NCBI GenBank assembly: GCA_040285825.1
Contig: JAUPSS010000010.1
Coordinates: 804,881 to 868,880 of the forward strand
DNA length: 64,000 nt
From: Eukaryota sp. TZLM1-RC
Lineage: Eukaryota > Protista > Metamonada: BaSk clade
Direction: 5' to 3'
Shown: positions 1-10,857 of the stretch, one piece after another
Position numbering within the stretch: the stretch's first letter is position 1
Layout of the letters: each line of letters starts with the position of its first letter
The notes under the pieces: generated by a model
What the model saw: only the letters and a program-made list of their open reading frames with translations
The model's database searches: none
What the model was told of the DNA's origin: nothing
Program-made: the position numbers and the translations under genes

Positions 1-2
1 AT

Positions 3-210
3 CAAAAAATTCAAAAATTTTCCACGCTAAAAGATATGAAAGAAAGGATTCATAATTTTACTCTTATTGAACAGGACAAGTTTTCGTATCTTTCAAAAAT
101 TAAGGAAAGAGCTGGATGGGATCGAATGCAAAAGAAAAAAGCCGAAGAAACTTCTCAATTAGAAGAAGAATCTGTAGATTGGAGTGATTTTGTTGTTGTT
201 CAGACTGTTG

Positions 211-221
<11 letters not shown>
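3..221 (+). CDS. SF3A1: Splicing factor 3A subunit 1 / Prp21, 3' end (5' truncated by window)
   Basis: Frame open from position 3; ...RAGWDRMQKKK...VDWSDFVVVQTVDFD matches the conserved DWxDFVVVxTxDF motif of Prp21/SF3A1. Confidence 0.8.

Positions 222-244
<23 letters not shown>
214..244. repeat. (TTGA)n microsatellite, ~7-8 units, overlapping the SF3A1 stop codon
   Basis: ttgattgattgattgattgattgattgattg read directly. Confidence 0.95.
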
Positions 245-246
<2 letters not shown>

Positions 247-781
247 AGTTTTTGTGTATAGTTTTTTTGATAGTGTTTATGTTTGGTTTTATTATTGTTT
301 CACTTAGTTGATGGAATTATCAAATTTTGATTTAGATTGAACCTTATTGTAATTTTTTGGAATGTCTATTGGACAGATAATTCATTCCCCAAAGTATTTG
401 TGGCTTATATAAAACTTGATCTATTTATATCCATTGTTTTTCAATTTTTTTAAGTGATTCCATTTATTCAGAAATGTACACGTGTACAAAACTTCTAGGA
501 TTAAAAAACCAATGGTTAACTTGGTTGTGCATGTTTAGGTGGTACATTGATTGCCAACCAAACCTATTGACTTTGTGTTCTAGAACCAAACTTGTTCATC
601 AACAGCATAAGCATAGTGCAATTACACCAAAATATTGCTACCAACAAAAAAATACACTACCGAAAGATAACGTGCAGTATTTTAAATGAATTTAAAAGCT
701 GAATCTCAGAGTTCAAGAACCATGACTACGACTCATTGTACTATTACCGTGTACCTAATAAATTGACTTCAAATATGTTCA

Positions 782-2459
782 ATGACATTCCCTACCAAAA
801 TGCTCTGACCATAAGGGTAAGCAAATCGAGCATTATTGCACCAAGTGCAAGGTCGCTCTATGCGATTCATGTGGCTTGCTCTAAGGCCACTCACTTCACC
901 ACGAAGCTCTTGTTTCTTTTTCGCAAGCCAAGGAAGCCTTCACAAAGCAAATTGAAGAGTTTCAGGCCAATACTTCCACCATTACCCCCTTGGTAGCTCA
1001 ATCAGGGGATAAAGTGGAATCTGTCGTAAGGGAAACCCTCAATCAATCCCAATCAATTCTTCATGATTTGATTGGTGATTTGATTAGACAGTCAGGCACC
1101 AAACTTCAGCAGTTGGAATCCTCAAATACTGTTGAAGAATCGCTTGCTTTTGATGGTGCTGCCAAGGAAAGAGCTCAAGAAGAGATTCAAAAGATTTATA
1201 ATGTAGTTGATGAATTTAAAACTACTTTATTTTGTTGTTTTGATAATTTAGAATCTGAAACTATTGGTTTTAAGCTATCTTTATTAGGAAAGCTACTTGG
1301 TCAGGAATTGATTGATGTTGACAAGCTGAATATTTCAAAAAGAGCTCAAGAACTTGTCTTTGCTGCCCAAATTGGTCAAGATTGTGTCCCTTCAAGAGAT
1401 GAAATTGATGAATTAATTCCTCTTGAAATTGACTTGGAATTAAAACAAAAATTAATTATCAATTTTATCAATAATTCAAAATCAATTAATGTTTCACATT
1501 TTATTTGGCTCTTTAACCTTGAATCTAATTTAGTTTCTAATATTGATTTTGATTTGGTTATTTCTAAATTGGAATTTGGTAGGGTTTCCAATCAAGAATT
1601 TATTAATGTTGTTAATTTTGCAATTCAACAATCTAATTCTTTGTTATTAAGCAAGGTTATTGATAATTATTCATTTGAATTAGTTCCAGATTTACCAACT
1701 ATTCCAAATAATTTATTATCAAACATTACTTTAACAAATTCTTTAAATATAAGAAAAGAAGAATGGTTGGAGAAGGTAATTAAAAAGAATTGTTCAAGGG
1801 ACAACATTGGTGAAATATCCAGAAATTTATTAGGAAGGGAATTGATGACCAAAATTAGTGTTGGGGTTTGGGTTCATTCAGCTAACATAAACGACCTAAC
1901 CACCAAGCTTAATAAAGGTTTAACTGAAAATTGGGGGGATTTAGAAGTTGTTATTAATTCAAGTAGTAACGCCATCAACAATTACTACGAACTTGAACCC
2001 TTTGATGTGGTGGTTTTGGCTCCTAACCATGTCCCTTGTCCCGGTCAATACCTAAACCAGCTGTTAGAAGCTGGTAAAGGTTTGTTATTGTTTAACCAAT
2101 ATCCACCATCAAGCCCCCAAGGGTTTAATTACTCTTGCTTTAGTGGGGGTAATTGGACTGGCCTTGGATCACAACAAAACATTGTTAAAACAAAGTCAAA
2201 TGACCCAATATTCACAAATGTCAACTCTTTTGCTGTTCCTTTTGCTCGTAAAGATGCCCAACTTGTCAATGGAACATTGTTGGCATGTGTGTCTAATGGA
2301 AGTCCTTTAATTGCAAAGAATGAAATAGGACAAGGTAGAATGGTGGAGTTTGGTTGTTGTCTTTACAGTAGTGATCATGGTAATGGTGGCTGGCAAAGCT
2401 CAACTGATGGTCACAGGTTGATTGCCAATTCTATGGTATGGGCTAGTAAAGGGATTTAG
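782..2459 (+). CDS. B-box zinc finger / coiled-coil protein with C-terminal alpha/beta domain; N-terminus disrupted (extra A at 797-800, in-frame TAA 882-884); intact ORF 990-2459
   Basis: Upstream of the 489-aa ORF, same frame: CSDHKGKQIEHYCTKCKVALCDSCGLL*GHSLHH (B-box Cys/His spacing), then a helical region; ATG at 782 is one base out of frame. Confidence 0.6.
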
Positions 2460-3475
2460 TTTGTAAATATATTGGTTTTGTGGTAAAATTTAAATTTGAG
2501 TTTGTCATTTTTTTAATTACCATAAATCTTCAAATAATTGACCAACATTGGTTATCTTTTACAGCAATTTTTGCAGCCAAATCTGTTTATAGAAAGTTGG
2601 AAAATTTTACAGTAATATTTGTTGAACTTACATGCCAGACAATTAAAACAAGATTTTTCTGTTTTTAGTTCAAGATGCTCCCATGCAGTTTCACCTTTTG
2701 CGGCATTAGTAAATGTAAATGTGGATTTTGTGACAAGAATTTCCGGTCCATTCTTGAGTATAAGTCCAACTATACAATCAAAACGATCCAAAAACTCTAC
2801 AAACATTGTCACCAGTGTCGACTTTGAATCTGTATTTTCTTCACAATTATTCTCTCATCAAAACCCAACGCTGTAATAAAATATGTTCTAAAACAATTAT
2901 TGAATAAGAATATGATTGTTTAGCTGATTGTTCATTAAACAATGCATCTCAAAAAGTCGTTGCTGTGAATCATCATTGACACATTTACTGGATGGTGAAC
3001 TGACACAGATCAAAAATTTGATTTGATGAAAGACCTTATCCAATAGAGTCATACAATGAATCTCACCTTATTGATAGTGTTTTACTATTAATTAAACTGA
3101 ATTGTCCTATATCAGCAACATGGCTTGAAATCTTTAGGTATTTACACAATAGAGAAATTCTCAATAAAAATGGTAACATATTTGAAACAACAAGTGAACA
3201 GAAAACTGAAAACATTTCATTGAGTTGTTGAATCACTATCGTCCAGTGTTCAGAATTAGCACGGGTTGACTCAGCACAGATTACGTGCTCTAAACCTGTG
3301 TTCTCACCTCATTCAATTTTTTAATAAGTTTTTTAATAAATTGAATAAAGTAAAACAGATACGGTTTGGTAAAATACAATTAGAAGAATCAAATAAATTG
3401 AGTAAGTTCAGAAGGTGTAATTTTCAACAGAAAAAGCCTAAGAAAACTGAATATAAAAACATTTATGGCCCAAAA

Positions 3476-3491
3476 AGTGTTGAAAAACACC
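3476..3491 (-). promoter_or_regulatory. Histone mRNA 3' stem-loop (H2A)
   Basis: GGTGTT-TTTC-AACACT 12 nt after the stop; same 6-bp stem/4-nt loop after all four histone genes. Confidence 0.85.
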
Positions 3492-3503
3492 ACTAGGCAC
3501 AAC

Positions 3504-3887
3504 CTAGATTTCCTGAGAAGCTTGTTCTTCAGCTTCAACGCGAGCCTTGGATCCCTTGGGCAGGAGATCGGAATGAATATGAGGAAGAACACCACCAGAG
3601 GGAATCATGATGTGGGACAAGAGCTTACTGAGTTCTTCATCATTACGGATAGCCAAGAGAATGTGTCTGGGGACGATACGGGTCTTCTTGTTATCTCTAG
3701 CAGCGTTACCTGATAATTCAAGAACCTCAGCAGTGAGGTATTCGAGGACTGCAGCCATATAGACGGGAGCACCAGCTGCAATACGTTCGGCATAGCGACC
3801 TTCACGGAGGTAACGACGGATACGACCTACAGGGAATTGAAGTCCAGCTTTGAAGGAGAGAGTACGTGCACCAGTTTCTTCAGACAT
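3504..3887 (-). CDS. H2A: Histone H2A with C-terminal SQEI (H2A.X-type) motif
   Basis: [10 protein letters not shown]...[34 protein letters not shown] core; ends ASQEI. Confidence 0.98.
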   Translation of the reverse strand: MSEETGARTLSFKAGLQFPVGRIRRYLREGRYAERIAAGAPVYMAAVLEYLTAEVLELSGNAARDNKKTRIVPRHILLAIRNDEELSKLLSHIMIPSGGVLPHIHSDLLPKGSKARVEAEEQASQEI

Positions 3888-4032
3888 GAGAAGTGATTTA
3901 ATGGGGATTTGAGAGGAAATTCCATTTCAACACAACAATTTGTTTGTTGCAAAATTGTCATTTGTGGCAAAACATTGAAACGTTTGATTTTTCAAAGTAA
4001 AAACCCTCAACACCATTGATATCCTCAATCTC

Positions 4033-4467
4033 ATGCCCGGAAAGAAGTCTGTAAAGTCTACCAAATCCATCAAGGGAGTTCCCTCCAAAGCCCCATCAAA
4101 GGCTCCTGCCAAAGCTGTCAGCAAGGCTGTTGCTGAAGGAGGAGCTGTCCCTGCTGCCCCCAAGCGTAAGAAGGCCCGTAAGGAGACATGGGCTACTTAC
4201 ATCTACCGTGTTCTTCGCCAAGTCCATCCCGATACTGGTATCTCCACCAAGGCCATGGGTATTATGAACTCTTTTGTTAATGATATCTTTGAACGTATCG
4301 CTACTGAAGCTTCCCGTCTTGCTCGTGTGAACAAGAGAAATACTCTTTCTTCTCGTGAGATCCAGACCGCTGTTAGATTGTTGTTGCCTGGTGAACTCTC
4401 CAAGCATGCTGTTTCAGAAGGTACCAAGGCTGTCACCAAATTTACCTCTGCAGGCGAAGCTGAATAG
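4033..4467 (+). CDS. H2B: Histone H2B
   Basis: [35 protein letters not shown]...[30 protein letters not shown]; divergent from H2A. Confidence 0.98.
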   Translation: MPGKKSVKSTKSIKGVPSKAPSKAPAKAVSKAVAEGGAVPAAPKRKKARKETWATYIYRVLRQVHPDTGISTKAMGIMNSFVNDIFERIATEASRLARVNKRNTLSSREIQTAVRLLLPGELSKHAVSEGTKAVTKFTSAGEAE

Positions 4468-4483
4468 ATTTGTGGTTTTTGAT

Positions 4484-4499
4484 GGTGTTCATCAACACT
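4484..4499 (+). promoter_or_regulatory. Histone mRNA 3' stem-loop (H2B)
   Basis: GGTGTT-CATC-AACACT 16 nt after the stop. Confidence 0.85.
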
Positions 4500-4824
4500 G
4501 GATAAATTTCAATATTTTTTTCTTTGGTTTTTAGTTGAAATTGTTTCTTTTTAAATACAAAAATGCGAATGCTAAGACAAACAAACATGTGTATTCGGTG
4601 AGTTGTGAAAGGTCTTGGTTTTATTCCCTACAACCAAATGAGAATGCATTAGATTAACAAGATGGTAAAACTTGACAATGGCCTCTGTTCTCAACAAAAC
4701 AAAACAAATTGAGAAGACCGAGAGCAAGAAAATCAAATGACAATTGATTCTCGCAAGACATTTTCCCTGCCCTGAAATTTCAGCTGTGTTACAATGCAAA
4801 AAGACAAAGTCCTGATCTACACTA

Positions 4825-5232
4825 ATGGCCCGTACTAAGCAAACCTCTCGCAAGACTACCTCCACCAAAACTCCAAGAAAGCATTTGGCCACCAAGGCTG
4901 CTCGTAAAGCTGCCCCGGCAACTGGTGGTATTAAGAAACCCCATCGTTATCGTCCTGGTACTGTTGCTCTCCGTGAAATCAGAAAGTACCAAAAGTCTAC
5001 TGAGCTCTTGATCCGTAAGCTTCCCTTCCAACGCTTAGTCAGAGAAATCGCCCAAGAATTTAAGGGTGAGCTGAGATTTCAAGCATCTGGTATTTCTGCT
5101 CTTCAAGAAGCTGCTGAAGCTTACCTTGTTGGTTTGTTTGAAGACACCAATCTTTGTGCTATCCATGCTAAACGTGTTACCATTATGCCCAAGGACATGG
5201 CCCTGGCTAAGAGAATTCGCTCTGATTTTTAA
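4825..5232 (+). CDS. H3: Histone H3
   Basis: MARTKQT...[41 protein letters not shown]. Confidence 0.99.
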   Translation: MARTKQTSRKTTSTKTPRKHLATKAARKAAPATGGIKKPHRYRPGTVALREIRKYQKSTELLIRKLPFQRLVREIAQEFKGELRFQASGISALQEAAEAYLVGLFEDTNLCAIHAKRVTIMPKDMALAKRIRSDF

Positions 5233-5246
5233 TTTAGCTTTTCAGT

Positions 5247-5262
5247 GGTGTTCTTCAACACT
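5247..5262 (+). promoter_or_regulatory. Histone mRNA 3' stem-loop (H3)
   Basis: GGTGTT-CTTC-AACACT 14 nt after the stop; AATAAA about 10 nt further on. Confidence 0.85.
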
Positions 5263-5598
5263 TGATAATTAAATAAACTTGATTTTTATAAAGTTTCTTG
5301 CTTTTACATGCAAACAGCGGATCATGAACTTCTTCAGGTTCAATACTCACACCAACTCATGAGTGCTCAAGGTCAGTATCCTATTCAGTGATATCAAAGA
5401 TGTTCATCAAATGATGTCATATCAATATCAACCTCCCTCTCTGTCCTGTGAACCTCCATACTTCTTGTCCTGCTTAGAGTCTAGGCATGACAATCACCAA
5501 TGACGAACAACAATTAATCTTGGCAAGACAATTCTTCAAATCAAACTCAAATTCTCAAACATCTTTCAAGTTCTATATTCTTATCTTCATCGATCTCA

Positions 5599-5910
5599 AT
5601 GGCTGGCCGTGGAAAAGGTGGAAAAGGTTTAGGTAAAGGTGGTGCTAAGCGCCATAGAAAGGTTCTTCGTGAAAACATCCAAGGTATTACCAAGCCCGCT
5701 ATTCGTCGTCTTGCTCGCCGTGGTGGTGTCAAGCGTATCTCTGCACTTATCTATGATGAAACCCGTACCGTGCTTCGTACTTTCCTCGAAAACGTGATCC
5801 GTGACTCTGTTACTTATTGTGAACATGCTAGAAGGAAGACTGTTACTGCCATGGATGTTGTCTATGCCTTGAAACGTCATGGACGTGTTTTATATGGTTT
5901 TGGTGTTTAG
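5599..5910 (+). CDS. H4: Histone H4
   Basis: [46 protein letters not shown]. Confidence 0.99.
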   Translation: MAGRGKGGKGLGKGGAKRHRKVLRENIQGITKPAIRRLARRGGVKRISALIYDETRTVLRTFLENVIRDSVTYCEHARRKTVTAMDVVYALKRHGRVLYGFGV

Positions 5911-5924
5911 GTTTTTGTTTTAGG

Positions 5925-5940
5925 GGTGTTTATCAACACT
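5925..5940 (+). promoter_or_regulatory. Histone mRNA 3' stem-loop (H4)
   Basis: GGTGTT-TATC-AACACT 14 nt after the stop. Confidence 0.85.
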
Positions 5941-6130
5941 AACTCAGCCTATTCATAGGTGATCTGTGCCTTTTTTTATAAATCACCTGGTGGCATCAAC
6001 CTGAGCAAACATTGTTGACAATACAAGAAGATTTTTGTGATGTAATCAGGTTTCCTTGTTACAGTTTAAAACTCAACTCAATAAACTCGGACTCAAGTAT
6101 TTTGGAACATATCTTATTTTAAAACACATT

Positions 6131-6313
6131 TTGCTGATAGAAATAGACCACTTGTTTTTATTGCTTTCCCATTTTCTATAAACGGAAGACTATCAGTAGA
6201 AGCAGGAACTATGTTGAATGATTTCCAAAAGATGGTTCAAAGAGGAAATCTTAGTTCAATGAATATCGTCCCATTAGTTATGATTTTATTTTGTTAAGAG
6301 TGCAAGTTCAATA
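6131..6313 (+). mobile_element. CRE-like non-LTR retrotransposon family A, internally deleted 3' end fragment
   Basis: gatagaaatagaccacttgtttttattgctttcccattttctataaacggaagactatcagtagaagc... closely similar to 28020-28330, 41685-41990 and 51645-51950. Confidence 0.85.
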
Positions 6314-6381
6314 AGTATTACATTTAAAACGCAACCAATAGTTAAAACTTTTTACTTAAACAATATAAGAATTGTTCATTA

Positions 6382-6601
6382 CTAATCTCTTACTATGACT
6401 CTCTTCCTCTTCAACTTCACTGCGAGAATCCAGTACCAATTTGAGAATACTTGAATTGGGAGTAATAGAAGCAGTATGAAAAGCACAAAAGGAAAAACTT
6501 CCTTGCTGAAGATGGTTACGTGTTGAAAATAAGATTTTTACTCACACTGTATCATGAGAATCAGTTGTGTAAGTGACAAAATGATTGGAAGCATCCAACA
6601 T
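6382..6601 (-). CDS. Small (59 aa) single-pass membrane protein, two exons (6546-6601, 6382-6505), 40-nt intron
   Basis: ATG 6601, GTGAGT donor at 6545, TTCAG acceptor at 6506; spliced frame open to TAG: MLDASNHFVTYTTDSHDTVKEVFPFVLFILLLLLPIQVFSNWYWILAVKLKRKRVIVRD. Confidence 0.55.
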
Positions 6602-6694
6602 TATTGGAATCAAATTGAATAAAAGCAACTACAGGGGAAATTATCATTTGTTTCCCTTCAAAAACATTGCCTTTTTCCTAGTTGCTATCGTCAG

Positions 6695-7060
6695 ATGCTT
6701 TACCACTTTGAGTCCTGTGAAATTGACTATCTTTCAAATCATATAGTTCTGTATCGTTATCCCAACGGCATAGCAGCACTCACACTCTCCCCTGATCATC
6801 CCATACTGTCACGTAACATATCTGATATTCATATCCACAAAGTGGTATCTGTAAAAGGCAAACGTAAAGATGGGAGTATAACAGTTTTTCCCGATACCAA
6901 ACTTGCTACAATCAACACGTCATCAGGGGAAGTGTTTGAGTTGAGGTACGGAGTCAAGGGTAAGCTGATATCTGTCAACGAACAACTGAATAATAATACG
7001 TCTTTGTTGAATCATCCCTTAACTACTTTCATTGCAATACTGTCTGATGTCAGTACGTAA
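6695..7060 (+). CDS. ABITRAM: Abitram / FAM206A (Simiate) family protein
   Basis: HIVLYRYPNGIAALTLSPDHP...VKGKRKDGS...KLATI...GVKGKLISVNEQL...FIAIL parallels FAM206A HSNRICVITLAESHP...VSGKFKRGA...VRGRLMEVNENI...YIAVV. Confidence 0.8.
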   Translation: MLYHFESCEIDYLSNHIVLYRYPNGIAALTLSPDHPILSRNISDIHIHKVVSVKGKRKDGSITVFPDTKLATINTSSGEVFELRYGVKGKLISVNEQLNNNTSLLNHPLTTFIAILSDVST

Positions 7061-8119
7061 TAAGTTTAGGATTACGGATCGGATTAGCTTTTCGTTGATT
7101 TATAGTTTTGTTCGTTTATGTGGTTTGTTTCTTTGAAATTTATGTCTCTTTAATCTATGGTTTATGTTTTTGTGTCAACAAATGGCGAGATTTATTTCTC
7201 CCAAGTTATTTTTTGTTTTCTTTGTTTTTTATTTTGCAATTTTGTCATTCAATAAACGTGAAATTATTTTAAAGCACAATAAAAATCAACTTTTAGCATA
7301 TAACTAATACCTTTTGCGGATCACAAGAAATCATGTCAGCAATATCTGTTTTGCAAATAAATCAATGGAAGTCACGAAAAATCGTCTCACAAAAGCTATA
7401 TTATTTTGTTATGATGGTCTTTGGCTGTGATGAGGAGTCGTACAGTAAATGTAATGTAATTTATAGCCAGGAGAAATGGTTTTCCCTCAAATTTACGTAG
7501 AACTAAAATAAACTAGTATCAGCATTTATATTACATTTTTAAGCTGTAAATACTATTCAAGACTAACAATGCCTTTTCCTCTCTTTCGAGCCAAGAGTTC
7601 TGGAAGCTCTAGTAACAGGAGGAGAAGAGTTATAGTGATGGAATCATGGGATGCCAAAGATGATAACGTCTCACAAATGCTAAATTATTTTTGCCATTTT
7701 ATTTATTTGTATTTGTTATGTAAAATTACATGACGTTGTGAAATTCTATTAAGCACCTTCTTCACTATCCTTTCACCATCATTGTGTTTCACCAGTTGGA
7801 CCATTCACTATACCTTTTGATGATGACGTTATGGGTATTGTTGCTCCTTTACACCATAGTATTTGGGGTGATGAGGATTGTAAAAACCTCATATCAGTTT
7901 ACAATATTCGTGCAACGTTACAAATTCAGGTTCAAGTTCATTTAAAGACTGATGCATTGCATTGAAGCATTATGGCCTGGATTGTTCTAAGCAGTACTTA
8001 CCATAGTTGATAAACAATTGAACAATTTATTTACCTTACAGTTGTTCAACAGTATTCTAAGAATTTGACGTAATAAGCAGTGCATTTATAATTTAAGAAA
8101 CCATTCAATAATGTGTTCA

Positions 8120-9312
8120 AAATTATGCTTATCTAAACCTGATGGAAAAGCTCACCCAATTGCTATTGGTGAAGCGATTTATCGACTAATGGCATCTGTA
8201 ATTTTTTACAGCATTTCTCCAAAAGCAAAGGAATAACTTTCTCCTTTTCAATATGGAATCAAAACCATAGATGGAGCATTAGTTGCTGCTTAAACGTCTG
8301 ATTTATTTCTTAATTGTAACGAAAATAGTTGAATTTTCAATCTTGATTTCAAAAATGCTTTAATTGAGTGAAAAAGGAGTCAATTTGGATACAACTAAGG
8401 TCAAGTCTTCCAGAATTTGAAAAATCTTGTATAGATTTTAAGGTAATTCGTTTACTTTAATTTTTAATTCATTTAGTTTCAACCGTTTCTCAAGTGTTAA
8501 ACAAGGAGATCTTTCAGAACTTCTTTTTTTGTCTCTCAATTCATCCAATTTTGAAGAAACTGAAAGAAAAAATTCGGAAATCCAAGTGCTAGCCTATATT
8601 TATGGTATTTCCGGTATGGGTCCATCAATTACAATTAAAAGAGTTGCTAATGAAGCTGTTACATTTATACCAATCCATAACTCTTGAATTGAATGTTCAA
8701 CATTGTTTTTGCTTTCAGAAAAGTTACCAGGATTCTGCTGAAAATATACCTGATAGCCTTACTCACTATTGGAATTCAATTGAAAAAGAGCTTGAAATCA
8801 TGAAGACCCTCGAATTGGAAAAGCATGTTGAATATTTTCTTTTGAAAATAGGTTATTCTTGAAAAATTACCCGTTTACTTCGATCGTTGTTTCCATCAAT
8901 GATTTATAATTTTTGTAGACATTTTAACAAAATACTTACAGATTTTTTGGCCATTTTAATGGCAGTTGATCCAACAAGTTTGAAAAATCAGATTTGTTTC
9001 TGATGTTGAACTTGGCGGTGTTGGTTTCAATTCATCAAAGTATTTGACCAAAGCTGCAGTTAAAGGTGGTGGAAAACATTTTGTTTTGAAATTTTCTAGA
9101 AGATATCCTTTTGCCGAAAATCATCTTGAAACTACAAATATTCTATTCCTGAAAAACCCAGGACAAGAATTGCCATGGTTATCTCCTGAATTATGGCAAT
9201 AATAATGCTTTTCTATAAGTATTCAAGACATTTGAAAATGAATTTTGTTTCCCTTAAACTTTGCATTGAAATACTCCAACGACATTTGTAAAAATTTGGA
9301 AGTAAAAAATTC
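8120..9312 (+). pseudogene. Degenerate CRE-like reverse transcriptase; ends before the CCHC/RLE endonuclease region
   Basis: Fragments LSKPDGKAHPIAIGEAIYRL, PFQYGIKTIDG, LDFKNAF, VKQGD, LELEKHVEYFLLKIGYS, ELGGVGF; colinear with the near-intact element at 28.8-30.9 kb; many stops and frameshifts. Confidence 0.85.
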
Positions 9313-10814
9313 GGGCTCGTCAATTGGCGTCTAACGTGAAGACAAATTTACCTAAAATTTGTCAATCCTGGACAAAAAACTTTATTCGTGATTTGTAGAG
9401 CCCTGGATAAAACAAATGTTTTTGCAAATAATATTCTTTCACTTTTGCCAGATGAACCATTAGCCAAACCCGAAGAAGTAGTTGTTGATTCTGTTCTTGG
9501 ACACTACATCAATTTCAATCTGAATAATTCAAGAGTAAGATTCTTTTTATTAAATGCATGTAAGTTTATCTTGAATCTCCTTCAAAGATTTCCTACTTCT
9601 GCTTCCCTTCTGTCCCCATATGATAAAATCACCTTTTCATCAAATGAAAAATGAAATTGGTGAGCTTGTTCTCTTTAATCTTAAAATTTCACAATACTTA
9701 CTCACTTTGTTTTCTCATATGCATTGCTGGAAGAGATTTAGAATAATACCTTTAGCTTCTCACAAAGGTTCTGAATTTATTGAGGTACCTTCACAAGTTT
9801 TCCAATCTGTGAAAAAATTTCCAATTATTGAAGGATCATTTTAAAAAACAAAGTTTATCAAAAATACATGTCTGAAACGAATATTCAAACAATGTCCTTA
9901 CCAAAAATTCAATATCAACAGAAAAAGTTTGAAAAATAGATTTAACAAAATTTTATTGAAAACTAATGGTAATGAACTGCTTGTGACCTTTGAAGGTAAA
10001 AATAATGACTCAGAAAACACAGATGAGCTGGATGAACCACCGAAAAAATAGAAGATTAAAAAAAGAAATGAAAAGTGACTCTGATGCCAACAAAACCAGA
10101 AAAACACAGTTGAAGGGCACTAAAAATGCCACATCGAAGACGTAGACATCCAGTCGAAATTTGTCCTGAAAGGCCCCTTATTGGCGTTGATCTGGGACAA
10201 TCTAGATTATGTTGTTACTTCTTAAATGATTATCAATGTGGAGTTATTTCTTGTCCAACTAGCAGAAGATACATGACAAAACTTTCACCCAGTAAACACT
10301 CTCCCAACCAATATTCCGTTCAAAATTTCAACCAATATTTGAACCATTGGAATTTGGTCAGAAGGAAAGTGTACTTGGAAAGTAATCGCCAGAAATGGAA
10401 AATAATTAAATTTGATAACCGCAGACGAAAAGAGAGACGGTTCAGAGAGACTCTCAACAAATTTCAAAGGCTGGCTGGACATCCTGAAAAACTCTACCTT
10501 GCTGTGGGGTCTGCTAATTTCCCTTCCAATTGCCGAAAAGTCAATCGAAATGGATCAGCAAGGGCTTTGCAAAATGGTTGTGTTATCAAAAGGACGTGAA
10601 ACACTTGTCAACCAGTGAATTTAATACAAGCAAACTGTCAAGTTGTTGCATGGCCGAGAATATTCAAGCAGGCTCATGGCAGATGCGTATTTGTACTGCG
10701 TGTCAAATAATATATGACAGATATATTTCCGCTGCAAAAAATATTCAAATTAAGAAAAAAGCGGAATTGTGGCCGGAAAGATACATTTGCCCAGATGCTC
10801 TGTTGAGGAGATGA
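9312..10814 (+). pseudogene. Degenerate Fanzor1-type (TnpB-family) RNA-guided nuclease, N-terminally truncated
   Basis: QLASNVKTNL; FRIIPLASHKGSEFIEV; KILLKTNGNELLVTF; RuvC-I LIGVDLG; LAVGSANF; RuvC-II SEFNTSKLSSCC; CTAC zinc finger; RuvC-III IYDRYISAAKNI (catalytic D>Y); C-terminal WPERY; frameshifts and stops. Confidence 0.85.
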
Positions 10815-10857
10815 ATGGGGAACCTGAGCATACAGAAACAAAAACTTTTGAGACCAA

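Noticed and set aside
882-884. In-frame TAA in the B-box (and many in-frame stops elsewhere) as a sign of a TAA/TAG=Gln genetic code
   Set aside because: H3 ends with TAA and H2A/H2B/H4 with TAG at their canonical C-termini, and long host ORFs have no internal stops; the stops co-occur with frameshifts, indicating decay
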